Shown here: positions 1 to 10,990 of the stretch, piece by piece
Layout: each line of letters starts with the position of its first letter
How positions within the stretch are numbered: position 1 is the stretch's first letter
DNA from: Octopus bimaculoides
Taxonomy: Eukaryota
NCBI RefSeq assembly: GCF_001194135.2
Contig: NC_068989.1
Coordinates: 93,530,305 to 93,571,621 of the forward strand
Direction of reading: 5' to 3'
DNA length: 41,317 bases
Translations under genes and position numbers: made by a program
The notes under the pieces: model-generated
Seen by the model: the letters and a program-made list of their open reading frames with translations, nothing else
Databases searched by the model: none
Told to the model about the DNA's origin: nothing

Positions 1-45
<45 letters not shown>

Positions 46-56
46 GTGTCTCCCTC
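1..56. repeat. (TC)n microsatellite
   Basis: Nearly pure TC dinucleotide run, read directly. Confidence 0.95.
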
Positions 57-625
57 TGGCTGTATGTGTTTATTTCTCCGTTCGGGAACATGCGTGCAAG
101 TGTACGCGGACGTGTGTGTGTTTGCGTTCAGTGCCAAAAAGTACTCACGCCAAAAATAGGTTGATTATCCAGTCAGCTGTGTCATGTTCCCAACATGCAA
201 ATCAGCCGCGCCCAATCGTCTTGTTTCTCTCCCCTCCCCTGTTTATCTGCCCTTCGTCCATTTCCTTCAATTCCTCGCAAACAATACTGTAATACTGATT
301 ATTTCATTACCCTGCGATGCTCACTCGAGTAAGTGAGGTCAGATTTGAGGGAGATTTGACTGCTATTTCTAGTAAAACAAGTAACTATCCAGAAATGTTC
401 TTCCTTCATCTAGTAAACATCACTGTCATATCAAGTGGACAAAGGAGGTTCTGGATGGATACTGACACTGCCAGAAATAGTAGCTAAATCTCACATCAAA
501 TCGTACCTCATCATTGTGGAAAATGACAGGTCGGATATTGAAGTACTGGTTTCCCTGCTCTTAGGGAAACATGATGGAATAGTCACAGCGAGAATGCTTT
601 TGCTCAAGGGTTGACCAGGGCTTAA

Positions 626-658
626 ACAACGACGACACCCACCACCACCACCACTACA

Positions 659-716
<58 letters not shown>
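626..716. repeat. (CAC)n/(TAC)n trinucleotide microsatellite
   Basis: Direct read; explains the poly-Val ORF 622..825. Confidence 0.9.
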
Positions 717-1201
717 ACTGGCTAACTGGTAAAATTGTCCAGTATTTTTCCGCCTCCAGCATCCAAGTCGCCAGCCAACCATTACGTTGACCATTTCCGC
801 CACTTCCGGTATCTTTCTGGATCATGTGATTGATTTGTTCTATTCACAAATTAATAAATGAAAGAAAATAAACAAAATGACAAATATACTTGTTTGTGTT
901 TATTTTCCGTCTACAAAATGAATGAAACAGACTTGTCAGATACGACAAAATACGTTGGTCTTCTTTCCGTTTTTCTTATTAGGAACTTCTTAAAAGTTAC
1001 AAAAGACTTATGGAGTATCTATAGGGGAGTCGAATAGAAATAAAAAAAAAGAAAAGAAAATGGCGGAAGAGCGTAAAGTGAATGGCTGCTATCAAGAAAA
1101 GGGCCATCGAGTCAAAGATCAGAGCTAATCTCAAGTTAATTTATTTTGCTTTTATTCACCCATCACTCACCCAAGCTTTAAAATGTAATTATTTTCACCA
1201 A

Positions 1202-1366
1202 GGCGTAGGAGTGGCTGTGTGGTAAGTAGCTTGTTTACGAACCACATGGTTACGGATTCAGTCCCACTGCGTGGCACCTTGGGCAAGTGTCTCCTACTAT
1301 AGCCTCGGGCCGACCAAAGCCTTGTGAGTAGATTTGGTAGACTGAAACTGAAAGAAGCCCGTCGTA

Positions 1367-1399
<33 letters not shown>

Positions 1400-2243
1400 N
1401 NNNNNNNNNNNNNNNNNNNNNNNNNNNNNNNNNNNNNNNNNNNNNNNNNNNNNNNNNNNNNNNNNNNNNNNNNNNNNNNNNNNNNNNNNNNNNNNNNNNN
1501 NNNNNNNNNNNNNNNNNNNNNNNNNNNNNNNNNNNNNNNNNNNNNNNNNNNNNNNNNNNNNNNNNNNNNNNNNNNNNNNNNNNNNNNNNNNNNNNNNNNN
1601 NNNNNNNNNNNNNNNNNNNNNNNNNNNNNNNNNNNNNNNNNNNNNNNNNNNNNNNNNNNNNNNNNNNNNNNNNNNNNNNNNNNNNNNNNNNNNNNNNNNN
1701 NNNNNNNNNNNNNNNNNNNNNNNNNNNNNNNNNNNNNNNNNNNNNNNNNNNNNNNNNNNNNNNNNNNNNNNNNNNNNNNNNNNNNNNNNNNNNNNNNNNN
1801 NNNNNNNNNNNNNNNNNNNNNNNNNNNNNNNNNNNNNNNNNNNNNNNNNNNNNNNNNNNNNNNNNNNNNNNNNNNNNNNNNNNNNNNNNNNNNNNNNNNN
1901 NNNNNNNNNNNNNNNNNNNNNNNNNNNNNNNNNNNNNNNNNNNNNNNNNNNNNNNNNNNNNNNNNNNNNNNNNNNNNNNNNNNNNNNNNNATATATATAT
2001 ATATATATATACATATGTATGCGTGTGTATATGTTTATGTGTCTGTGTTTGTCCCCCCAACATCGCTTGACAATCGATGGTGGTGTGTTTACGTCCCCGT
2101 AACTTAGCGGTTCGGCAAAAGACACCGATAGAATAAGTACTAGGCTTACAAAGAATAAGTCCTGGGGTCAATTTGTTCGACTAAAGGTGGTGCTCCAGCA
2201 TGGCTACAGTCAAATGACTGAAACAAGTAAAAGAGAAAAAGAG
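1202..2243 (+). mobile_element. tRNA-derived SINE, family 1 (CORE-like), with internal (TA)n and N gap
   Basis: Head GGCGTAGGAGTGGCTGTGTGG with box-B-like GGATTCAGTCCC, then CACCTTGGGCAAGTGTC (CORE-like), a central microsatellite, and a 3' half ending CCAGCATGGC...GACTGAAACAAGTAAAAGAG. The same modules recur at 3836, 5948, 9531, 16790, 17495 and 34220. Confidence 0.85.
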
Positions 2244-2444
2244 CTCTTAATTATTTTTATGCTTTATTTGCTTATTTTTATAAGTGTTGTTTTTTCTCCT
2301 CTACTCTCTATTTCTCTTTCTCGCAACCCTTGATCCTTCTCTTTTTCATCAGTAGTTTTCAGCCCCTTTTTTTCCCTATGGAACCCACTGAATCCTGTTT
2401 TGCTCAGCTTCCAGCCCCGTAATTTTATGCTTTAAAAAGATCCT

Positions 2445-2680
2445 ATTATGTACATTATTTACAATGGACGGATAGGTATCCTCATCTTATTTGTTGCTGT
2501 TACTACAACGTTTCGGCTGATGTATTCTCCTGCCTTCATCAGGTGTCCTGGTGGAATTTCGAACTCAAACCTTTATTTGACTAAATGGGGTACTCTGTTC
2601 TCACACCTAAGGTACTTTTTGCTGATGTTATTATTATTGTTTATTCAGGTCACTGACTGGGATTGAACCCGAAATCTTGT
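2445..2680 (-). mobile_element. tRNA-derived SINE with Penelope-like hammerhead tail (5'-truncated copy)
   Basis: Minus strand reads GGGTTCAATCCC (box B), ACCTTAGGTGTGAGAACAGAGTAC, then CTGATGAAGGC...GCCGAAACGTTG. Homologous to 2773-3030. Confidence 0.7.
2501..2548 (-). ncRNA. Putative minimal hammerhead ribozyme motif (Penelope type)
   Basis: Minus strand: GGACAC-CTGATGA-A-GGCAG(10 nt)CAGCC-GAAAC-GTT-GTAG. Intact CUGAUGA/GAAA core, stem II with one mismatch, palindromic AACGTT in place of stem III, weak stem I in this copy. Activity unproven. Confidence 0.45.
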
Positions 2681-2772
2681 GCAGATATGAGTAGAATATG
2701 AGAACCGGTATTAAGGAAAGATACAAAAATGATAGGTTTATAAGCCCTAAAATTCACTCTATAATTGCTCAC

Positions 2773-3030
2773 GGGCATATAGCGTAGTAGTTAAGAGCGC
2801 AGGCTACTAACCCCAAGATTTCGAGTTCAATGACTTGAATAAATAAAATCACCAAAAAATACCTTAGAGGTGAGAACAGAGTACTCCAGAAGTCAAATAA
2901 AGGATTGGGTTCGAAATTCTTCCAGAACACCCGATAAAAGCTGGAGAGTACATCAGCCGAAACGTTGTGGCAATAACAAACAAGATGAGGACACATATCC
3001 GCCTAATGAAAATAATGTAAATAATGTACA
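2773..3030 (+). mobile_element. tRNA-derived SINE with degenerate hammerhead tail
   Basis: Box A-like TAGCGTAGTAG, partial box B GAGTTCAA, then the same body as 2445-2680. Core mutated to CCGATAA, but AGCTG...CAGCC-GAAACGTTGTG is retained. Confidence 0.75.
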
Positions 3031-3128
3031 GAATTCCTCATCTCAAAACTATGGAATAACGCTAATTGTTTATTTTCACATATTACGTAAACATCAATTG
3101 CTTATTCTTTGTTTTCGGTCTTTGACAA

Positions 3129-3450
3129 TGAATAGTGGAAAAATTGCAATTAGGGTTATTTTATGCTACCTGTGGGAAGACGGATTGAGTTCAAGGGCAG
3201 CGGAAAAGAAATCAATAAAGTGAAAGGTCCAGGGACTGACAACGACGTTTCAAAGGAAGATCACGTGAGCCTCGAAGAAAAACAAATGTCAGACAGACCT
3301 TTCGTTGAAGAGGATGGGCCTTGCTCGAAAGAGTTGAATAAAAGTCAACCACAAGCATTTGGAAGTTATTGGCAGGAGTTGGTCATTCACAAGCCGCCAT
3401 CAATTGACGCCTCCATACGCTCGGCCTCGTGAACAGACGCTGTTGAGATC
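3129..3450 (+). mobile_element. Decayed mariner transposase, N-terminal fragment
   Basis: Across frameshifts: MNSGKIAIRVILCYLWEDGLSSRAA..., SLEEKQMSDRP (mariner LEDxPRSGRP motif), LGLVNRR. Confidence 0.65.
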
Positions 3451-3835
3451 CTATTATATTTTTATAATTAGATATTATTAAGAACTGTGTAAAAAATTGT
3501 TGAAATATTTTGTCTCTTCTAGAAGTATAACCAATTTATTTATCATAAACTTTAGCAACGAAACCTTATATGGACCCTCAAGGGTTATATGGACCGCAGT
3601 TGAGGACCATTGGGCTACAAGGATGTTGACGTCATAAGGATTTATAAACTTTCGAGAGAACAAGAAATAATCATTTTTAGGAACAGTGTATCGCGAAGCA
3701 AATAAAACTATGAATGATAGGAGGTAAATATTGGGTTGAAAATCCATTTTGGACAGAAAGATGTTGAAGGCTGCTGCTCAGAGAATTTGTTCGAAGGCTA
3801 CGGAACTGGTTGAAAGATCTCAGGGATTTCAGTAT

Positions 3836-4050
3836 AGGCGTAGACATGGCTGCGTAGATTAGAAGCTTTGTTTTGAAATTACATGCATTCGGGTTCAGTT
3901 CCACGGTGTCATATCTTAGGCACATTGTCTTCTACTGTTGCCTGGGTCGAACAATTTCTTGTAAGTGAATTCCGTAGACGGAGATTGTGTGGAAGCCCGT
4001 CGTATGCACATACATATATCCTTGCGTCTGTGCTTGTCCACCACCGCCCC
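3836..4050 (+). mobile_element. SINE family 1, diverged 5' half
   Basis: GGCGTAGACATGGCTG...GGGTTCAGTTCCAC...GTCTTCTACT...GAAGCCCGTCGTAT aligns with 1202-1370. Confidence 0.75.
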
Positions 4051-4119
4051 CACCACAACTTCTTGACAACAGCAACAACAACAGTAACAACAACATCTGT
4101 CCAGTAGCATAAATAAGCA

Positions 4120-4260
4120 TCAACTGGGTATATTTGTAGGTAGAGGCGCACGAGCTTTGACTGCAACGCTCAAACGTTTCTTAATGGCTTCATCAAAGAA
4201 CAACGGCCAGTAACCTTGAGCCTTTTCAGCCTCCGCCAACTTTCCAACTGCTGTGAATAC
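4120..4260 (-). other. Candidate terminal exon or pseudogene fragment of unknown identity (VFTAVGKLAEAEKAQGYWPLFFDEAIKKRLSVAVKARAPLPTNIPS*)
   Basis: 46 protein-like codons directly after TTCTTTTGTAG (acceptor-like), ending in TGA; more GC-rich than its flanks. Family not recognised. Confidence 0.35.
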
Positions 4261-5129
4261 CTACAAAAGAATCGACTCTTCTAAAGTTACCCTCGGATCA
4301 GGCAGCTGTTTAAAACCGGGCAACAGACTGAAACTTTCGCACCAAACATGAATGAATTTATAATTAAATATTATTTTTATTATTTACTTGCGTGTTCGTT
4401 ATTTTGTATATCATTTTTTAAAAATCGATTTATTTTAAGTCATGTTTTGTCCATTTGTCTTTTGGTTTATTAAATCAATTAATTATACAAATTAATCATT
4501 ACCAAACGACCACCACAACAAGCACTATTACCATCACCGTCGCCACCACAATTATTACCACTCTCACAGTCACCATCATCATCACCATCATCACCATCGC
4601 CACTCCCATCACAGTCGCCAATCTCTACCACAAGTATTATCACAAGAAACATAAGAAAACAGTCACAGGTCCGGCTAGAAATAGCAACCGATTCTCCTTC
4701 AAATCATATATTAGCGATTAAAGAAGGATTCTCAATGTGATCCGAGGTTTAATTGAGATCGGGGAAAAGGCGGGATTAAGACGGCTGAAGTGCCTTTTGT
4801 GGTGGGTGGGTGGGATCAGAACCACGAGGAGCCCCCAAAGGACAAAGACAGCAACTGCAACAGCAACAACAACAAAAGCAAAGACGACGAAAATAACAAC
4901 TACAACAACATAATCATCATCAGCAGCACCACCACCACCACAGCCAGTTACAACAGCCAAAACAATCGTCTACCAGCACCGTCAATTGTAGCATTTAGTA
5001 TGAGTCTCCGGGTGCATTTATAAGTGCAAGGGTACACGGTGAATTGGGTAATTCACAGTTGCAATGAATAGACATATTAGAGGACTCTATGGAAGCACTT
5101 CTTACTTTCTCACAATTGTATCACACACG

Positions 5130-5160
<31 letters not shown>

Positions 5161-5292
5161 TGATAAAGGGTTCATAAAGTACAGCTGTTGTTGTTAGATT
5201 TATTGTTGAAGTTGCTATCGACGGCGGTGGTGTCAGAATTTCACCGGCGTATACAGACACCCGGATATATGTATGTAACTATGCACTTATGA

Positions 5293-5336
<44 letters not shown>

Positions 5337-5484
5337 CTATATACATACATGCTTACATACATGCATACATACATACATACATCCTCATACTTATGTGTGT
5401 ATGTAAATATGTATAATTTTTATAAATGTGTATTGCATATTGATACGAACATGCGCACACACGCACACAAATACACCCCACCCC

Positions 5485-5551
<67 letters not shown>

Positions 5552-5599
5552 ACTATATACATATATATGTATAGATGGATATATATATAATCCCAAGCT

Positions 5600-5830
5600 A
5601 TTACAATATTCAATATACGAACCTGAATATTGCAATAACTTAAGATTCAAGGGGCCACAAATTTTTAATGCCCTACTACAGAACATCAGGGATCTGCAAG
5701 GTGTAGATATGCAAGTCTCCAAAAAACGTCTAGACAGCTTTTTATCTGAGATACCAGATGAACCCACATCGCGGCAGGAGGCACAAAGAAGAGCGGCAAC
5801 GTCCAGCTCGCTACTTCACCAGAAGCAATT
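5600..5830 (+). mobile_element. CR1/L2-group LINE ORF2 3' fragment
   Basis: NNLRFKGPQIFNALLQNIRDLQGVDMQVSKKRLDSFLSEIPDEP resembles the C-terminal FKxxLDxxL...PD(E/Q)P motif of CR1-group ORF2. Confidence 0.6.
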
Positions 5831-5947
5831 CTGGAAAAATACTCAGATGCAGTTAAGGCGGTGCACCAGCATGGGCTCAACCTATGGCTGAAAGCCGTAA
5901 AAGTTGAAAGATAAAGGATACTCTCTTTTTACTCTTTTACACTTTTA

Positions 5948-6102
5948 CTCTTTTACTTGTTTCAGTCATTTCACTGCGGCCATGCTGGAACACCGCCTTT
6001 AGTCGAGCAAATCGACCCCAGGAATTATTCTTTGGAAGACTAGTACTTATTCTATCGATCTCTTTTGCTGAACCGCTAAGTTACGGGGACGTAAACACAC
6101 CA
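5948..6102 (-). mobile_element. SINE family 1, 3' half
   Basis: Reverse complement of 2078-2235 (GTGTTTACGTCCCCGTAACTTAGCGGTTC...GACTGAAACAAGTAAAAGAG). Confidence 0.85.
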
Positions 6103-6129
6103 AGACAAGGTAGAAAAAGCTAAAATGAC

Positions 6130-6179
6130 TATCTATCTGTCTATCTAGCTATCTGTCTATCTATCTATCTATCTATCTG

Positions 6180-6214
<35 letters not shown>

Positions 6215-6265
6215 GTCTATCTATCTATCTATCTGTCTATCTATCTATCTATCCTATCTATCTCA
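6130..6265. repeat. (TCTA)n tetranucleotide microsatellite
   Basis: Direct read. Confidence 0.9.
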
Positions 6266-6866
6266 ATACGCTGGGTGCTAAAACACTCGAAAGTCTTAGA
6301 CACGTGAGGCAACTCACCCCTAATCCCATTCAGGAGTGATGAATACCGATATTTCGATATTTTTGTGGCTTATCAACAGCACCTACACAAATCGATTGCG
6401 ATTCGATTCGTCCCCGATATATGAACATTTGATGAAGAGTTTTTGTAAAGTGACAACCATATTTTAGCATATTAATTTTCTTTATGAAGAACCCATTGTG
6501 GAACAGTCCAAAAGCATATTCGTGACTTTATGGTTTACTAGTCTCATCAAGGTTCCAAGGCAAGCAAAGCAGCAAAGAGTCTTCAAATGGTTTCTTATTA
6601 AGATTCAGTGAATGAAAGAACTTGCTGAAGTTGGTTTGAAAAATTCAGACATAGCAATTCTTATTTATTTGAGCTGAAATCAGGATGTCTTTGCAAGCAG
6701 AAGAATGAAATGCTAAACGCAATATTTGCGAGGAACATTAGAATGACGGCGAGAGAGCTTTCCACTGGAATTAATGTTAGCATTATGAGGATTCATAATC
6801 CTTGGAAGATACAGAAAAAAATTGGAAGAAAGGACAGTAGATTCCGATTGCTCTCTCCAAAGTAAT

Positions 6867-7085
6867 ATTGGCTTCACGTTTTGGCACAAGGCCAGCAGGA
6901 TCATGGGGTGGGGGATAAATTGAATACAGCAACCTCATCGTTCAATGGGTACTTACTTTATCGACCTCGATGCGATGAAATAGCAAGCCGACTTCGGGCG
7001 GAATTTGAACTCAGAAAGTAAAGTCAGAAGAAATGCCGCTAAGCAGTGTGTACCGTGTATTAAGAATTCTGCCACTGCGCTGCTG
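6867..7085 (-). mobile_element. tRNA-derived SINE, family 2
   Basis: Minus strand: GCAGTGGCAGAA...GCTTAGCGGCATTTC...TTCTGAGTTCAAATTCCGCC...CTGGCCTTGTGCCAAAA. Confidence 0.8.
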
Positions 7086-7113
7086 AATCCTCACAATAAT
7101 ATAAAATGCAGCA

Positions 7114-7324
7114 AAGGCGGTAGAAACGTTGCCATGCTGGTCAAAAAGCTTAGCGATATCTTGTCCGTCCTTACGTTCTGAGTTCAAATTCTACAGAAGT
7201 CCACTTTGCCTTCCATTCTTTCGGGGACGATAAAATAAGTACCAGTTATACACTGGGGTCGATGTAATCGACTTACCCCTCCCCTAAAACTTCTGGCCTT
7301 GTGCCAAAATTGGAAACCAATATT
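7114..7324 (+). mobile_element. tRNA-derived SINE, family 2
   Basis: TTCTGAGTTCAAATTC...TTTCGGGG.CGATAAAATAAGTACCAG...CTGGCCTTGTGCCAAAATTGGAAACC; inverted partner of 6867-7085. Confidence 0.85.
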
Positions 7325-7979
7325 AAATGCGGCAGATAGTGGCTAAGCCTCATATCCATCCCCCAAAAGCCTGTATCATGTCCACGAGCAGAACTTGACT
7401 TATAGAAAAAAATTATTGAACGTTTGCTGTTATATGGAAGGAATTATTCATTGTTGAACGTTTAAAGCTGATTCAAACAGTCTCTTTCAAAATCTACAGT
7501 TATCAAATTTATCATTTGACATCTTTGGATAGAAAATATCTTGTCTTAACATTTTACAGAGAGGTTACTCCTTCGTCAACAAAATGATCGACCCTACATC
7601 GCATAATTCACTAAAATTATACCAGAATCATTCGATCTACCCCTACAGCCTCCAGATATTGCCCCATCCAACCTTCTCTTCTTTAGATCTTAGCATCACC
7701 ATTTAGACAAGGAAATTATGGCTAGCAGGGAAGTGGGGGTTAGAAAATACATAATTTAATTGGAAACCTAGGAAAAATTTCAAAACGAGCATTTCAAAAA
7801 ATGCTTACAAATAGTTGGAGAGAAATGATTGAAAAAAAAAAAAAGAAACGAATGAAATTAGATGGATCATTAAATTTGATGTATTAAATATCCTTTCTAT
7901 ATTCTTAACTCAATACTAAAAGCCAGGCGGAAGCATCCGTTAAACCTGATATACATTATACCGACTTTATAATATCATA

Positions 7980-8031
7980 ATCTATCTATCTGTCTGTCTA
8001 TCTATACATGCTTACACACACATATATATAT

Positions 8032-8068
<37 letters not shown>

Positions 8069-8490
8069 TATTCATTTATATATACATATATATATATATG
8101 TACATATATATACGCATAGATATACATTATGTATAATAATGTATATTATATATATCAAATACAAATGTATATTGATAAACATATAAACATTATGCATATT
8201 AAATGCATACGTATGTTTGTATATGAATACATATAAACATACATGGTGTGTATATATATACATATTATGTATATGTAGTATGTATAATATATATATAATA
8301 TGTATTTTAAATACATATGTATATATATATAGTTACATATACAATATATATATAGGTACATATATATTATATATGTATGTATATTGTTTTTATCTGGGGA
8401 TGGTTATATGTGTGTGTGTGTGTGCGTATTATATAGGATATATAGGTGGCATGCGTACGCACACACGCACATACATACACACACACACAC
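7980..8490. repeat. Compound (CA)n/(TA)n low-complexity tract
   Basis: Direct read. Confidence 0.85.
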
Positions 8491-8679
8491 GTACAGCCCC
8501 TCACCGCCCCTCACCACCTCTCACCGCCCCCTAAATATACACACAGTAGTGAAGAATATAAGGCAGTGTGTCAGCTTCCTGAACTATTTAACATAACCAC
8601 AATATAACTTGAGATGCCATTTCCGTCTCACTAATCAGATTTCAATGAAGCAGACGACACACACGTGTCTGACGTACGC

Positions 8680-8960
8680 CATGTTGGTGGTAGTGGAGGT
8701 GTCGGTGGTAGTGATTGGGGTGGGGCGGCGGCGATGGTGGTGGAGGTAGTGTTGACATTGGTGGTTATGTTAACGATGATGGTGGTAGTGGTGGTGGTTG
8801 CTCCTGTCCTTGTTGTGGTAGTGGTGACAGTTGTGGCAGTGGTGACAGTTGTGGTGGATGTGACGGTGGTGGTGGTGGTGGTGGTGGTGGTAGTAGTCGT
8901 TGTAGTGGTACGAAATGAAAAAGGTAGTCATAGTAGTTGTAGTGGTGGTGGTATTGGTGA
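8680..8960. repeat. Degenerate (GGT)n trinucleotide tract
   Basis: Direct read. Confidence 0.85.
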
Positions 8961-9401
8961 AATATTAAATAGGGAGAGTCATGATGCTAATCGTGCAGTG
9001 TTTGTGTTGATAGTTGTAACAAGTTGTTAAGGCGTTACATCGTCGTCGTTGTTGTTGTTTCATCTCAGCTCAGCCATGACCACATAGATACATAATCAAC
9101 AGGCATTCCAACCACGACCATCCTGTCTGCATTAATGTTTTGAGAGACAATATATTCAAGATCACATACGGTGTGTAAACTTGAGGGCAATTCGATTGCA
9201 TTTTCTAGCAGTTCAAACGACCACCTAGAGATACCTTTGTTGGTTCCTAGACGCAGTGGGTTTTCCTCATCGTCGTAGTGGCCGCCCTTGTTAGCCTTTA
9301 GCCCAGTATCAGCGCCGTTTTGGCGTCGCTAATTCGACGCTGACTTATTTGACATCAGACTTTTTAATGTCTCTCTAGTTCGCTCGCTCGCTCGCTCGCT
9401 C

Positions 9402-9530
<129 letters not shown>

Positions 9531-9720
9531 CCCACCACTACTTGATAACCGATATTAGTGTGTTTATTGCCCGAAGTTTAGCATTTCGGCAAAAGAAACC
9601 AATTAAATAAGTACAGACTTAGAAAAGTACGTACTAGGAGTAGTTCGTTCAACTAAAAGTTGGTCAAGACGATGCCCCAGCATGGCCACAGCCATTAGAC
9701 TGAAACAAAACATAAGCTAA
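9531..9720 (+). mobile_element. SINE family 1, 3' half (diverged)
   Basis: TTAGCATTTCGGCAAAAGA...CCAGCATGGCCACAG...GACTGAAACAA. Confidence 0.7.
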
Positions 9721-9749
9721 AGATGTCTTGAGTCGATGTGAGATTAGGA

Positions 9750-10000
9750 ATTGCTGCTACTACTGCTGTTGTTAATATGGTGGTGGTTGTGATGGAGATG
9801 CTGGATGTGGTAATGATGATGATGCTGATGGTGGTGGTGATGAGGATGACGACGACGATGGTAATGATGACGACGATGATGATGATGATGATGTTTGTGG
9901 GAGTGGTTTTAGTCGTAGTGGCGGTGGTAGAGTTGGGCGTGGTATTGTTGTTGGAGATGGTGGTGGTGATGATGAGGATGAGGAGGAGAAGGAGAGGATT

Positions 10001-10036
<36 letters not shown>

Positions 10037-10220
10037 GTGATGATGATGGTGATGGTGACGGTTAATAGTGTTGGTCCTCCCGATGATGGTAGGGATGTCG
10101 ATCGTGTTAGTTAGTTGTTGTATAAGTGAACGTGGTGGTCATGGTGTGGTGGTGATCACGGGGTGGAGTGGTACTGGTGGGGATGGAGATGGTAGCGGCG
10201 CGGTGGGTTTTTCGAAGGTG
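9750..10220. repeat. Degenerate (GAT)n/(GGT)n tract
   Basis: Direct read. Confidence 0.85.
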
Positions 10221-10326
10221 GTTGCAAATATAGAAAGAACCAGAAGAGATTTTACGAGAGTAGTCCTAATTCTATTTCGTTTTATTTTATAGCACGTGGG
10301 AACAGGAAGAGTAAAAAGATAACGAA

Positions 10327-10365
<39 letters not shown>

Positions 10366-10826
10366 GAGGCTGAGGAAACGTCACGTGTGATTGTATACTG
10401 ATGAGCGAGATAAATCATAGTGAAACGACGTGATAGTCACTGGGATGGATGGATGGGTGCTGCTGTGGTAGATGTTTGTATGAATGCTTGTATGTGTGAG
10501 TTTGTGTGTGTTCGTGTGTGTGTGTGTGTGGCTACTACTGCTGTTTTAGTCAGGAAAAAGGGTTAAAGTATATAACATTCGTGGCCCCCTCAAAGACTGA
10601 CCGGACCGATACGGTTTAATATTCTGATTGAGAATCCATCGGATAACGTCCACTGAAAACAATGCAATTCAACGAGGGAGTCATTGCGTGGTTACTCCAC
10701 TTCTGCTCGAAATGGCAGCCAATTCCCGCTCGAACCACACCTTACGAAGAAGAAAAAAGCATAGACATTCGATAATATACGCAATCGGATTGACGATCAA
10801 CTCTAGTGACGCTTTATGGCCATTCT

Positions 10827-10990
10827 TCAGCATTTATTACCAATATTAATCACATAATATGTGAGTGTTTGCTTAGTTAGTAGTTTACTAAATAAGAACG
10901 GGATTAAAATGGGTTGAACCGAAAGAATTGGCCCGATTCCAATCATATAGAAGCTGTATTCATAAGTGTTCATATATTCTGAGAAGATTC
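10827..10990 (-). CDS. Gene A exon 5 (TM12 and stop)
   Basis: Acceptor TTCTTCTTAATTACAG; phase 1 gives G-IFSEYMNTYEYSFYMIGIGPILSVQPILIPFLFSK...NKC*, matching the SLC16 GxLxDxxxxYxxxFY terminal pattern; homologous to 33585-33664. Confidence 0.85.

Larger units (their letters stand above)
6640..7870 (+). mobile_element. Highly decayed mariner, interrupted by two SINEs
   Basis: Scattered motifs in the expected order: LIYFELKSG, NIRMTARELS, LLLRQQNDRPYIA (cf. HDNARPH), PPDIAPSNF (cf. YSPDLAPSD). Confidence 0.5.

Noticed and set aside
1167-2171. Long ORFs spanning N runs (also 18850-20061, 23854-24358, 33202-33675, 34516-35247, 36535-37356)
   Set aside because: Open only because N codons are not stops.
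2773-2830. Possible tRNA genes (also 1202, 7114, 32860)
   Set aside because: Only box A/B heads without a complete cloverleaf, running into SINE bodies that recur in the window.
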